Below are positions 1 to 9,661 of a stretch of 64,000 nucleotides of DNA, one piece after another (the stretch's first letter is position 1; each line of letters starts with the position of its first letter). The stretch covers positions 416,001 to 480,000 of the forward strand of contig CAXXSR010000002.1 in assembly GCA_963662615.2 (NCBI GenBank), given 5' to 3'. Under the pieces are notes generated by a model that was not told the origin of the DNA, ran no database searches, and worked only from the letters and a program-made list of their open reading frames with translations. Both the position numbers and the translations under genes were made by a program. This DNA comes from Dehalococcoidia bacterium (lineage in GTDB: Bacteria; Chloroflexota; Dehalococcoidia; Bin125).

Positions 1-1105
1 AGGCGCTGGAGCAAGCGACTGAGGCGCGGCTGCAGATCCTGGACGTGATGCAGGAGTGTATTGCAGAGCCGCGTGCGGAGCTGGCCGCCCACGCGCCACG
101 GATGTCCCGCGTGGAGGTGCCCGCCGACAAGATCGGGGCGATCATCGGCCCCGGTGGAAAGACGATCCGCCAGCTGGAAGAGAACACGGGCGCCAGCATT
201 GACGTTGAGGACGACGGTGGCATCTTCGTCACGGCGCCGGATGCGGAGTCGGCGCAGAAGGCCGTTGACCTGATCAAGGCGCTCACGAAGGAGATTGAGC
301 CGGGAGAGATCTACACGGGCAAGGTCGTCCGCACCCTGCCGTTTGGAGCGTTCGTGGAGCTGGTGCCCGGCAAGGATGCGCTGGTGCACATCTCCGAGCT
401 CGCCGAGGGCCGTGTCGCGACGGTAGAAGATGTGGTGAAGGTCGGTGACGAGCTGAAGGTGGTGGTCACCGAGATCGACCATCTGGGCCGGGTCAACGCC
501 TCCCGGCGTGCGCTCTTGGTTGGCGAGGACAGGGAGGCTGGCGGCGGAGGCGCCGCGAGCGCCCCCCGCGAGCGTGAGCGCTCGCGAACGTCCCCCCCGC
601 GAGATCGTGCCTCGCCGGGGATCGTGCCCCCGGGGATCGTGCCCCCGGGGATCGTGCCCCCGGGGATCGTGCCCCCGGGGATCGTGCCCCCGGGGATCGT
701 GCCCCCGGGGATCGTGCCCCCGGGGATCGTGCCCCCGGGGATCGTGCCCCCAGCGAACACCCCCCTGACAAGGAGCAGTCGCGCCCCGTGGAGCAAACGG
801 GCGCCGCCGAGGGGGAGCGAGATCGCGCCGAGGGAGCCGGCACCTCGTCGGCGGGCGGAGGAGAGGGCGGAGAAGCGGGCGGTGACGGCCGCCGCCGCCG
901 CCGTCGGCGCCGGCGGCGAGGCGCCGCCGACGGCGGCGACGAGCGCCCGGAACGGCAGCCGGACAGCAACGCCGGCGGGCGCTCGCCGGCCTGGGGGGGC
1001 TATTCGCGCGGTGCTTCTCGTCGCGGGTCCAGCGGTAGCAGTTCGGATGAGCCGCCGCCGCCGCCGCCGCCGCCGCGCCCGGACTTCGGGGCGCCGGCCC
1101 GCTGA
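1..1105 (+). CDS. pnp: Polynucleotide phosphorylase, 3' part (KH and S1 domains plus low-complexity tail); partial at window edge, probable frameshift near 615
   Basis: APR..KIGAIIGPGGKTIR KH motif and S1 domain (FGAFVEL..GKDALVHISE). The frame-0 ORF runs to 1196, but the natural-looking tail is in the frame ending TGA 1105. Confidence 0.93.
615..749 (+). repeat. 15-bp tandem repeat CCGGGGATCGTGCCC x9
   Basis: Nine identical units read directly; translate as GIVPP or GDRAP depending on frame. Confidence 0.97.
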
Positions 1106-1132
1106 GGCGAGCGACGGCGGTGAGGTAGCGCC

Positions 1133-1924
1133 ATGGCGATCCGCGTGGCGGTCAGCGGCATGGGCAACATGGGCCACGCGGTCCTGCAGGCGCTGAGCGC
1201 GGCGGACGGGGTTGAGGTCGCCGCTGTCCTGCGGCGGGTCGCGGAGGGCCAGACGTTCCCGCTGCCGGGAGGAGGCACGGCGCCGCTGGCCGGATCGCCG
1301 CAGGCGCTGAGCGACTACAACGCGGACGTGGTGGTGGACTTCAGCAACGCCGTCTGGACCGAGCAGCTCTTGCCCGCGGCGCTGGCAGCGGGCGTGCGGC
1401 CCGTCATTGGCACCTCCGGTCTCTCCGAGACGTTCGTCCGTGAGGCGGAGCGGCAGTGCGCGGAACAGGCGCTGGGAGGCGTGATCGCCGCCAACTTCGC
1501 CATCGGTGCGGTGCTGATGATGCACCTGGCGCGTGTGGCGGCGCCATTCTTCACGTCGGCGGAGATCATTGAGCAGCACCACGCCGGCAAGATCGACGCG
1601 CCCTCGGGCACCGCCATGGCCACGGCTCGGGAGCTGCGCGCGGCGCGCGGCAGCGACTTCGCCCGCAACGTAGCGGAGCGCGAGACGCTGCCGAACGCTC
1701 GCGGGGCGGAGTTGGGGGGCGTGACGCTGCATTCCGTGCGGCTGCCGGGTCTGGTGGCGCACCAGTCGGTCATCTTCGGCGGGTCGGGAGAGACGCTGAC
1801 GATCCGCCATGACTCCACCAGCCGCGAATCGTTCATGCCCGGCATCCTGCGTGCGGTGCGGGCCGCGGTTGAGCTGGACCACCTCGTCGTGGGGCTGGAT
1901 CGGCTGATGGGGCTGCGGGACTAG
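1133..1924 (+). CDS. dapB: 4-hydroxy-tetrahydrodipicolinate reductase
   Basis: N-terminal Rossmann motif, VVVDFS, VIGTSG, EQHHAGKIDAPSGTA, HSVRLPG; GAGGT SD. Confidence 0.96.
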   Translation: MAIRVAVSGMGNMGHAVLQALSAADGVEVAAVLRRVAEGQTFPLPGGGTAPLAGSPQALSDYNADVVVDFSNAVWTEQLLPAALAAGVRPVIGTSGLSETFVREAERQCAEQALGGVIAANFAIGAVLMMHLARVAAPFFTSAEIIEQHHAGKIDAPSGTAMATARELRAARGSDFARNVAERETLPNARGAELGGVTLHSVRLPGLVAHQSVIFGGSGETLTIRHDSTSRESFMPGILRAVRAAVELDHLVVGLDRLMGLRD

Positions 1925-2001
1925 GCGGGATCCACACGGCGACAGGGCGGCGGTGCTCCCCACGGTGATGCCGGGTAGGGGGAAATCCCGTACGGTAAGG
2001 T

Positions 2002-2027
2002 CGTCGCCGAGCGGCGACGTTTTCTTT
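2002..2027 (+). terminator. Intrinsic terminator-like hairpin upstream of asd
   Basis: CGTCGCC-GAGC-GGCGACG followed by TTTTCTTT. Confidence 0.6.
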
Positions 2028-2071
2028 CGCCGCGGCGCCGGACTGGCGCCAGCGCGGCGGCTGACGGGCCC

Positions 2072-3088
2072 ATGAGCCGAGAACTGACCGTTGCGCTCGT
2101 CGGCGCCACCGGAGTGGTGGGGCTGGAGTTCCTGCGACAGATGGAGGCGCGGGCGTTTCCCGTGGGGGAGTTGCGCCTCCTGGCGACAAGCCGCTCCGCC
2201 GGCAAGACGCTCTCCTTCCGGGGCGAGGCGCTGACGGTCCGCGAGACGACCCCGGAAGCGTTCGCCGGCGCGGACGTCGCCTTTATCTCCGCTACCACGG
2301 CCGCCTCGCGGGAGCTGTGCCCGCTGGCCCGAGACCGCGGCGCCATCGTCTTCGACGACTCGTCGGCGTTCCGCCAAGAGCCGTCGGTGCCGTTGGTGGT
2401 GCCCGAGATCAACGCCGAGGAGCTCCGCCGCCACGAGGGCATCATCGCAACGCCCAATTGCACAACGGTGCCGCTCGTTCTCACGCTCGCCCCGCTGTTG
2501 GGAGCGCGGCGGATCCGGCGGGTCATCGCGGACACGTACCAGGCCGTCTCGGGGGCGGGCGCGGCCGCCATGGAGGAGCTGCGCCGCCAGACCGCGGCCG
2601 CCCTTGGGGAGGGGGCGGAGCGCCTGAACCGCTTCCCGCAGCAGATCGCCTTCAATGCTGTTCCTTGCATCGACAGCTTTCACGCCGACGGCTACACCAA
2701 TGAAGAGCGCAAGATGATGCTGGAGAGTCGCAAGATCCTCCACCTGCCCGACCTGGCGCTGAGCGCGACATGCGTGCGGATTCCCACGCTGATCTCACAC
2801 GCGCTCGCGGTCCACGTGGATCTGGACGCTCCCCTGGAGAGAGAAGAGGCGCGCGCGCTTTGGCGGGCGCAGCCGGGGCTGGTGGTCCAAGACGATCCGC
2901 TTAACAACCGCTATCCCACTCCGCTAGACTGCACTGCCCAGGACGCGGTCTTCGTTGGGCGGGCGCGACAGGACGTTTCCAATCCCAACGGGCTCGCCTA
3001 TTGGTGCGTCACGGATAATCTGCGCAAGGGGGCGGCGCTGAATATCCTGCAGATGGTGGAGTGGATGCAGGCCCACGATTGCCTGTAA
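2072..3088 (+). CDS. asd: Aspartate-semialdehyde dehydrogenase
   Basis: VGATGVVG, PNCTT catalytic Cys, TYQAVSGAG, DNLRKGAALN. Confidence 0.97.
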   Translation: MSRELTVALVGATGVVGLEFLRQMEARAFPVGELRLLATSRSAGKTLSFRGEALTVRETTPEAFAGADVAFISATTAASRELCPLARDRGAIVFDDSSAFRQEPSVPLVVPEINAEELRRHEGIIATPNCTTVPLVLTLAPLLGARRIRRVIADTYQAVSGAGAAAMEELRRQTAAALGEGAERLNRFPQQIAFNAVPCIDSFHADGYTNEERKMMLESRKILHLPDLALSATCVRIPTLISHALAVHVDLDAPLEREEARALWRAQPGLVVQDDPLNNRYPTPLDCTAQDAVFVGRARQDVSNPNGLAYWCVTDNLRKGAALNILQMVEWMQAHDCL

Positions 3089-3134
3089 GTCCCGGCGCAT
3101 GACGCGGGAGCAGATGACGGAGCGGAGCTCGGCA

Positions 3135-4037
3135 ATGGCGGAATTCGGACGACTCTTCACGGCCATGGTGACGCCGATGCAAGCGGATGGCTCGGTTGAT
3201 ATGGGGCAGGCCACGCGTCTGGCCGCCGCGCTGCTTGACAACGGCAGCGACGGCTTGGTGGTGTGCGGCACGACGGGAGAGGCGCCCACGCTGGAGTTCG
3301 AAGAAGAGCGGACGCTGTTCCGTGAGCTGCTGCCCATCTGCCGGGAGCAGGGCGCGACGTTGGTCGCGGGCACGGGCTCGAACAGCACGCGCACGGCCAT
3401 CGAGTCGTCGCGGCAGGCGGAGGCGATCGGCGTCGACGCGCTGCTGCTCGTCGTCCCCTACTACAACAAACCGTCGCAGGAAGGGCTCTACCGGCACTTC
3501 CGCGCCGTGGCGGAGGCCGTCTCGCTGCCCTGCATTCTTTACAACGTGCCCAGCCGCACAAGTATCAACATGACAGCCGCGACGCAGCTTCGGCTCGCGC
3601 ACGATGTCTCCAACATCTGCGGCACGAAGGAGGCGAGCGGCGATCTGGCCGCCATCGCCCAGATCATTGAGGGAGCGCCGGACGACTTCCTGATCTGGAG
3701 CGGCAACGACGCGGATACGTTGCCCCTGCTCGCGCTGGGGGGCTACGGGGTGGTCAGCGTGGTCTCGCATCTCGCTGGCCGACAGGTGCGCGCGATGATC
3801 GAGGCGCACCTGCGCGACGACCGCGACGAGGCCGCGCGGATTCATCGCCGCCTCCTGCCGCTGACGGACGCCATGTTCCTGGTGGGCAACCCGGTGCCGG
3901 TGAAGTATGCCCTGAATCTCGTCGGCTTTCGGGTCGGGCCCACGCGGTTGCCGCTGGTGGAGCCGGACGAGAACGTGCAGGCGAAGATCCGCGCCGAAGT
4001 GGAGCGCGCCCAGATCGATCTGCCGCTGCCGGTCTAG
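3135..4037 (+). CDS. dapA: 4-hydroxy-tetrahydrodipicolinate synthase
   Basis: TAMVTP, GTTGE, PYYNKP, LYNVPSRT, KEASG; start chosen at the ATG after GGAG. Confidence 0.96.
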   Translation: MAEFGRLFTAMVTPMQADGSVDMGQATRLAAALLDNGSDGLVVCGTTGEAPTLEFEEERTLFRELLPICREQGATLVAGTGSNSTRTAIESSRQAEAIGVDALLLVVPYYNKPSQEGLYRHFRAVAEAVSLPCILYNVPSRTSINMTAATQLRLAHDVSNICGTKEASGDLAAIAQIIEGAPDDFLIWSGNDADTLPLLALGGYGVVSVVSHLAGRQVRAMIEAHLRDDRDEAARIHRRLLPLTDAMFLVGNPVPVKYALNLVGFRVGPTRLPLVEPDENVQAKIRAEVERAQIDLPLPV

Positions 4038-4123
4038 CCCCTGCTGGTTAGCCGCCGCCGCGCCCTGCCCGACGCTGGTCCGGGGGAAGCGCAGCGTCCC
4101 AGCGCGCTGAATCCAGTCCCTCG

Positions 4124-4678
4124 CTACGGGGTGCCCAGGCCGGGCACGATCTGGTCCGGGAGCGTCAGCGTCTGCAGCCAGGCGTAGATATCGGCGACGT
4201 CCGCGTCGGGGACGGCGTCGGCGCTGAACTGGGGCATGAAGTCGCGCGGACTGCGGTACTGGCCCATGACTTGGTCCAGCGAGAACCCCGTGCTGGCAAT
4301 TGTGGGGTCAATGGCGCCCTGTCCCTGGTCGCCGTGGCAGACGTTGCAGCCGTTGGCGAAGAAGAGCTGCTGACCGCGCGCCGGGTCGGGCTCGCCGGCG
4401 GGGCTGGGTTCGGACGTCGCCGGCTCCAGCTCTCCGTCTGGCTCCGCTGTGGTCGCGTCCTCCTCGAGGAGGGCGAGGGCGGGGTCGCCCTCTTCGGCCT
4501 CGAAGAGGCCGGACCTGATCAGTTCCGCAGCGGCGGCGTTGGCGGCGTCGAGCGCTTCACTCTCGTCTTTGTCCGCGCCCTTGGCCACGGCGAAGCCGGC
4601 CAGAGCGATGACGCCGGCCACCAGCAGGCCGAAGACCATGACGAGCCAGAACGAAGGTGGAATGGATCGAGAAGGCAT
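4124..4678 (-). CDS. Membrane-anchored mono-heme cytochrome c
   Basis: N-terminal hydrophobic helix, acidic linker, CNVCH heme motif, distal MP axial Met. Confidence 0.85.
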   Translation of the reverse strand: MPSRSIPPSFWLVMVFGLLVAGVIALAGFAVAKGADKDESEALDAANAAAAELIRSGLFEAEEGDPALALLEEDATTAEPDGELEPATSEPSPAGEPDPARGQQLFFANGCNVCHGDQGQGAIDPTIASTGFSLDQVMGQYRSPRDFMPQFSADAVPDADVADIYAWLQTLTLPDQIVPGLGTP

Positions 4679-4983
4679 GGCGTCCCGTGGGCGTGGGGCG
4701 GGCGCTGCGCACCCCCGGCCGCGCGCCGATCACCGCTCGCATGGTAGCGAACAGGAATGCTTGCGGAAACTCTCACAAAGGCTCCCCGCGTCGGCCCGTG
4801 CCAGGGGCAAGGCCGGTCAGCGGCGGCCCACCTAGGCGGCGACAAAAGAGAAACCGTGATTGGTGAAGAACGCGCCGCAGCAACGGCACCACGGCCACCG
4901 CCGCCTGCACCTGCGCGCCCACTCAGATGGCGAGGAAGATCCAGCGGACGAAGAGCGGGACTGGCGGGCGGTTTCGGACGCGG

Positions 4984-6273
4984 CTAGATGATCGGGTCGA
5001 CGATGATCGCTTGGTGCCGCTCCGGGCCCACGCTGACGAGAGCGGCCGTAGCGCCGATCAGCTTCTCAATGCGGCGCACGTACTCCTGCGCCGCCCGAGG
5101 CAGGTCGTCGAAATTGCGGCAGGCGCTGGTGTCGGTGCGCCAGCCGGGCAGCTCCTCGTAGAGCGGCCGCACTTGCGACAGCTCCACGCGGCGACTGGGG
5201 AACGTCTCCAGTCGCCGTCCGTTGGTCTGGTAGGCCACGCAGACCTTGATCGATTCGAATGAGTCCAGGACGTCAAGGCGGGTCAGGGAGATGCTGTTGC
5301 ATCCGTTGAGGGTGACGGTGTAGCGCGCCGCGACGCTGTCGAACCAGCCGCAGCGGCGGGGCCGGCCGGTGGTGGTGCCGTATTCATTGCCGCAGTCGCG
5401 CAGGCGGTCGCCCACGGCGTCCGTCAGCTCGGTGGGCATGGGTCCGTTGCCCACGCGCGTCTGATAGGCCTTGTAGACACCGACGACGCGGTCGATATCG
5501 CGGGGGCTGATGCCCACGCCCATCGCTGCGCCGGCGGCCATGGACGTGGGGACGGACGAGGTCACGTAGTCGTAGGTGCCGGCGTCAAGGTCGAGCAGGG
5601 CGCCTTGGGCGCCTTCCAGCAGCATGCGCTCGCCGCGGCGCATCGCTTCCTCGCAGATGGCGCTGGTGTCGGCCACGTAGGGCGCCAGCCGGCTCCAATA
5701 TTCCCGGTACGACTCGCGGATGGATTCGAAATCGAGCGGTTCACGCTCGTACAGCTTGGTCAACACCTGGTTCTTGTAGGCCAGGACGAAGCGCAGCCGC
5801 TCGGAGAAGCCGTCCGGATCGGCCAGTTCCGACACGCGGATCCCCAGTCGCGCGACCTTGTCCGTGAAGGCCGGCCCCACCCCCTTGCCGGTGGTGCCGA
5901 CGGCGTTGGGGCCGCGCAGCTTTTCATCCGCGGCATCAATGACGGGGTGCCAGGGCATGACGAGGTGGGCGCGGTCCGAGACCTTCAAGCGCTCCGTGCT
6001 GACGCCGCGCTTCTCCAGGGCGCTGATCTCGGAGATCAGCTCAGCCGGGTCCACCACGACGCCGTTGCCGATCACGCAGCTCTTGTCGGGGTAGAAGATG
6101 CCGGCCGGCACGAGGTGCAGGGCGAACTCACCGAGGTGGTTGACGATGGTGTGGCCGGCGTTGTGGCCGGCCGAGTAGCGCGCCACGATGCTGGCCTTGC
6201 GGGCGAGCAGATCGACGACGCGCCCTTTGCCCTCGTCCCCCCACTGGCCCCCAACGACGACGACCGCCGGCAT
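4984..6273 (-). CDS. purA: Adenylosuccinate synthetase
   Basis: GGQWGDEGKG, NAGHT, LLEGAQG, EYGTTTGRPRRCGWFD. Confidence 0.98.
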   Translation of the reverse strand: MPAVVVVGGQWGDEGKGRVVDLLARKASIVARYSAGHNAGHTIVNHLGEFALHLVPAGIFYPDKSCVIGNGVVVDPAELISEISALEKRGVSTERLKVSDRAHLVMPWHPVIDAADEKLRGPNAVGTTGKGVGPAFTDKVARLGIRVSELADPDGFSERLRFVLAYKNQVLTKLYEREPLDFESIRESYREYWSRLAPYVADTSAICEEAMRRGERMLLEGAQGALLDLDAGTYDYVTSSVPTSMAAGAAMGVGISPRDIDRVVGVYKAYQTRVGNGPMPTELTDAVGDRLRDCGNEYGTTTGRPRRCGWFDSVAARYTVTLNGCNSISLTRLDVLDSFESIKVCVAYQTNGRRLETFPSRRVELSQVRPLYEELPGWRTDTSACRNFDDLPRAAQEYVRRIEKLIGATAALVSVGPERHQAIIVDPII

Positions 6274-6392
6274 GCCTGTGATGCTTCCGCGCCGATCCCA
6301 CGGGATCGCCGCTCGCCAAGAAGCCCCGCCGCAGGGGCGAAACTCGGTGCGCATCCTAGCACGAGGGGCAGCGGGCGGCGGCCTGCGACGCG

Positions 6393-7178
6393 TTACCGGC
6401 TCTGAAAGTTTGGCGGGCGCTTTTCCGCGAAGGCGCGCGGTCCTTCTTTGGCATCCTCGGTGAGGTAGATGCGCTCGGCGACGTGATCTTCGAAGGCGAG
6501 GCCGTCCGCGAGCGACATATCGAGGCCGCGCAGCATCGCCTCTTTGGCGGCGCGGACCGCGAGCGGCGCACGCGCCGCGATGGTGTTGGCGATGGCCGTT
6601 GCCGTGGCTTGCAGGTCGTCGGCGGGGACGATACGGCTAATGAGTCCGGCACGGAGGGCGGTCTCCGCATCGATCGGTTCGGCGCTGAAAATCATCTCGC
6701 TCGCCAGGGCCAGGGGGATGGAGCGCGGCAGGCGCTGGGTGCCGCCGGCGCCGGGGATGATGCCCCAGCGCACCTCAGTCAGCCCGAACTTCGCCTCCGG
6801 GACCGCAATACGGACATCGCAGGTGAGCGCGATCTCCAGCCCCCCGGCCAGGCAGTAGCCGTTGATGGCGGCGATGATTGGCTTGTAGATGGGTGCGGCC
6901 TTGGGAATGCCGCCGAACGGGATCTCCCCGAAGATGTCGCGTCCCTCGCCCTGGGCCCGGGCGACGAGATCGGCCCCGGCGGAGAAGGCGCGGTCGCCGG
7001 CGCCGGTGAGGATGGCGACGCGGAGGTCGTCACGGTGGCGGAAGTCGTTGAACGCCTCGAACAGTTCGCGGGAGGTTTGATGGTCGATCGCGTTCATGCG
7101 CTCGGGCCGGTTGATGGTGACGCGGGCGATGGGGCCTTCGGTCTCGTAGCGGACGCGGCTGAACGCGGCGGGCGGCAT
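6393..7178 (-). CDS. Enoyl-CoA hydratase/isomerase family protein
   Basis: AFSAGADL, KPIIAAING, GGLE, GGTQRLPR, AFAEKRPP. Confidence 0.93.
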   Translation of the reverse strand: MPPAAFSRVRYETEGPIARVTINRPERMNAIDHQTSRELFEAFNDFRHRDDLRVAILTGAGDRAFSAGADLVARAQGEGRDIFGEIPFGGIPKAAPIYKPIIAAINGYCLAGGLEIALTCDVRIAVPEAKFGLTEVRWGIIPGAGGTQRLPRSIPLALASEMIFSAEPIDAETALRAGLISRIVPADDLQATATAIANTIAARAPLAVRAAKEAMLRGLDMSLADGLAFEDHVAERIYLTEDAKEGPRAFAEKRPPNFQSR

Positions 7179-7318
7179 GGGCGCTCTCCCTGTCGAGTGC
7201 GGGGCGTAGCATAGTCGCTCGGCGCCGGGGAGAGGCGCCGTGGCGCGCCGGCCGCCCTCGCCACTCGCGGTAGACTGAGGCGAGTGCGCCCCCGGTCCGG
7301 CGAGGATGGAAAGGCCGC

Positions 7319-7558
7319 ATGGAATCGGAGATCGATTTCGCGCCGCTCCTCCTCGTGTCGGCGTTGGCGTCGTTGGGCTTCAACACCTTCATGCCACGCG
7401 TCTGGGCAGACGTCATCGGCAGCGCCCTCGTGGTGGGAGCGGGCCGCACCGGGGCCGACCTCACGCCGCGACGGACGGGGTCCCTCGCCGCCGACGGGGA
7501 GCCCGTCGTCACGGAGGCGGGAAGCGTGGCCTCCAGCGCCGAATCGCCGGAGTTCTAG
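7319..7558 (+). pseudogene. Short ORF, possible internally deleted cation/proton antiporter-RCK remnant
   Basis: Hydrophobic FAPLLLVSALA start joined to an RCK-like ALVVGAGRTG motif, then degenerates. Confidence 0.35.
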
Positions 7559-7562
7559 CCGC

Positions 7563-8114
7563 ATGGGCGCGCTCCCGCCGCCGCCTCAGCGGCGCATCGT
7601 GGAGGTCAAGGAGAAGCTCGACGGCACGGTCATGCGCTTCGATCTGGAGTGCTGGCTGCAGACGCCGGACCTGGCCGTCGGTCGCTGGGTGGCGGAGGCA
7701 GGCAACGCCTTCGGCGCGCCGCCCGGGACGACGTCGTGGGGAGTGTGGTGGCGGAGCCGGCCGTACGGGGCCTACCGGCTGCATGCGCCGGACGGCGCGC
7801 TACGCGCCTACCGGCTCGATGCGCTCGAACGCGTTCGCATCGGCGGGAGCGAGGTTCGCTACCGCGACCTGCTCTTGGACGTGTGGATCGACCGGGACGG
7901 CGTCGCGCGCGTGGAGGATGAAGAGGAGGTGGCAGCGGCGGTCGCGGCGGGGACGATGACGGCGCATCAGCACCGGCGGGTGCGCTGCACGCGGGAGATC
8001 TTCTTGCAGCGGGCAGAGGCCATCGTAGCGCGGGTGGATGAGGCGGTGGAGGCGGCGGTCGCGGCGGTGGGGGCAGGGGGAGGACAGGCGGCGGACAGCG
8101 GCGGGACACGGTGA
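7563..8114 (+). CDS. DUF402-like protein
   Basis: YRDLLLDVWIDRDG..VEDEEE motif typical of DUF402. Confidence 0.7.
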   Translation: MGALPPPPQRRIVEVKEKLDGTVMRFDLECWLQTPDLAVGRWVAEAGNAFGAPPGTTSWGVWWRSRPYGAYRLHAPDGALRAYRLDALERVRIGGSEVRYRDLLLDVWIDRDGVARVEDEEEVAAAVAAGTMTAHQHRRVRCTREIFLQRAEAIVARVDEAVEAAVAAVGAGGGQAADSGGTR

Positions 8115-8154
8115 AGGCACGCAAAGGACCGGGAAGCGACAGGCGGCGGACACG

Positions 8155-8619
8155 CTACGCCGGCCGCTTGGGGACGAGGGCGGCGCGGGTGAACTCCAGG
8201 ACGGTGTCGCCGTGCTGGTTGAGGCCCTGCGTCTTTACGGTGACGATGCCGCGGTCGGGCTGGCTCTGCGATTCACGCACCTCCAGCACCTCGGTGCGGG
8301 CGTAGAGGGTGTCACCGTGGTAGACGGGCGCGGTGTGGCGCATGTCGGTGGTGGCGAGGTTGGCGATCGCCTTGCCGCTGACCACCGCGACGGTCATGCC
8401 GAAGACCAGGCTGTAGACCAACGGCCCGGCGACGACGCGGCGGCCGAACTGCGTCTCCGCCGCGTAGTGCGCATCGGAGTGGAGGGGGTGCTGGTTCATG
8501 GTCAGCGAGCAGAAGAGGACGCTGTCCGCCTCCGTCACCGTGCGACCGGGCCAATGCTCGATCACCTCGCCCACCGTGAAGTCCTCCAGGTAGCGGCCGA
8601 AGAGTTCGCGGGTGGGCAT
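8155..8619 (-). CDS. MaoC-family dehydratase
   Basis: YLEDF.VG, GRTVTEAD, NQHPLH, PVYHGDTL hot-dog fold motifs. Confidence 0.92.
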   Translation of the reverse strand: MPTRELFGRYLEDFTVGEVIEHWPGRTVTEADSVLFCSLTMNQHPLHSDAHYAAETQFGRRVVAGPLVYSLVFGMTVAVVSGKAIANLATTDMRHTAPVYHGDTLYARTEVLEVRESQSQPDRGIVTVKTQGLNQHGDTVLEFTRAALVPKRPA

Positions 8620-8689
8620 AGGGCTTCTCCATGCTTGGCGGGAGTGAAAGGATGGCGGCGTTTCGGGGTACGGAGCGGCAGATGCTGGC

Positions 8690-9580
8690 TCAGCGTGAAT
8701 GACCCACGAGGTTTGCCTTGGGCGGGAACTCAGTAATCAAGTGCGCCCGGCGGCCCACGTCATATCGTTCACCTCCGGCAGGCGTGAGATAAAGGGCGGA
8801 ACGCCACCGAAGGCCCTGCGAATCCCAGTAGTTGGCGTAGAGAGTCACAGGTTCATTCAATCCCTCCCCCGATCCGGGATCCGCCGCCCTGAGGGCACGC
8901 GTGCGCGGACGTGTCGCATAACGGGGATTCTCCTGGTCAGGCGGTGGGAGATCCTCGCCAGGCGAACCGACCTGGAGCGCGGCAGTAGGGTGTTCTGCGC
9001 CGAATTCGACCCGATAGGCCCAGCCCGGTCCGTTATTCGAGTAGACGAAGTGCCACTCGCTCGGCAGCCCTTCGCCGCGAGTGACGCCGCTCCCTGGACG
9101 CAGCACAACTTCAGGATCGGACGGTGCAGGAGATCGGAGATGCATCAAGTTGACTTGTTGATCTGTACGGCCAACGCGACGAAAACACTGCAGCGCGTCC
9201 ATTCCCACAGGCGTGTGCGGGTCAATTGGTGAATCCGACCATAGGTATGCTCCAACGAGCGGCGGTGTGTCGCTGTACGCGTCCACCCGTACGATGTTCG
9301 CACCGTCAAGAGTGCACTCAGTAATGTAGGTCGGAAGTGTGGGATACGTTCGCTGTTTGATTCTGTTGGCCAGGTTCTCAAGGGTGTGCTGGCCGACATC
9401 GACTCCCACTACGGTTCGATCGTCGCGAATGCCGAAAAGGACTCCTCCTCCCTCTGCATTCGCGAAAGCAATGAGTGATCGGATGGCTTCGTCTTGACGA
9501 CTGGTGCCGAGTGACTCCTTGAACTCGCACGTCTGGTTCTCTCCGTCACTGCGGAGCTGTTCGCAGTTGAGGTCAGGCAT
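8690..9580 (-). CDS. Schlafen/AlbA_2 domain protein with putative beta-sandwich C-terminal domain
   Basis: GENQTCEFKES, LIAFANAEGG.VLFGIRDD, RRVG motifs; visibly lower GC than neighbours. Confidence 0.85.
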   Translation of the reverse strand: MPDLNCEQLRSDGENQTCEFKESLGTSRQDEAIRSLIAFANAEGGGVLFGIRDDRTVVGVDVGQHTLENLANRIKQRTYPTLPTYITECTLDGANIVRVDAYSDTPPLVGAYLWSDSPIDPHTPVGMDALQCFRRVGRTDQQVNLMHLRSPAPSDPEVVLRPGSGVTRGEGLPSEWHFVYSNNGPGWAYRVEFGAEHPTAALQVGSPGEDLPPPDQENPRYATRPRTRALRAADPGSGEGLNEPVTLYANYWDSQGLRWRSALYLTPAGGERYDVGRRAHLITEFPPKANLVGHSR

Positions 9581-9661
9581 TGCGCGCTCCTCGCGGTCTT
9601 GCGGGAATTCGATGACCAGCGTGGGGCGATGATAGCGGGCGCATTGGCGGCCGGTGGGCGG

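Noticed and set aside
615-749. Repeat array as CRISPR (also 15138-15249)
   Set aside because: Units are head-to-tail with no unique spacers, and no cas genes are in the window.
1955-1990. Partial resemblance to a TPP riboswitch 3' half or an FMN riboswitch start
   Set aside because: Core CTGAGA and other conserved blocks are missing; kept only as an unnamed candidate.
4750-4983. Short coding-like stretches between purA and the cytochrome c gene
   Set aside because: No convincing start, SD or recognisable motif.
8620-9661. Target duplication or terminal repeats around the Schlafen gene
   Set aside because: Only a weak CTTG(G)CGGGA similarity in the flanks; not enough to define an element.
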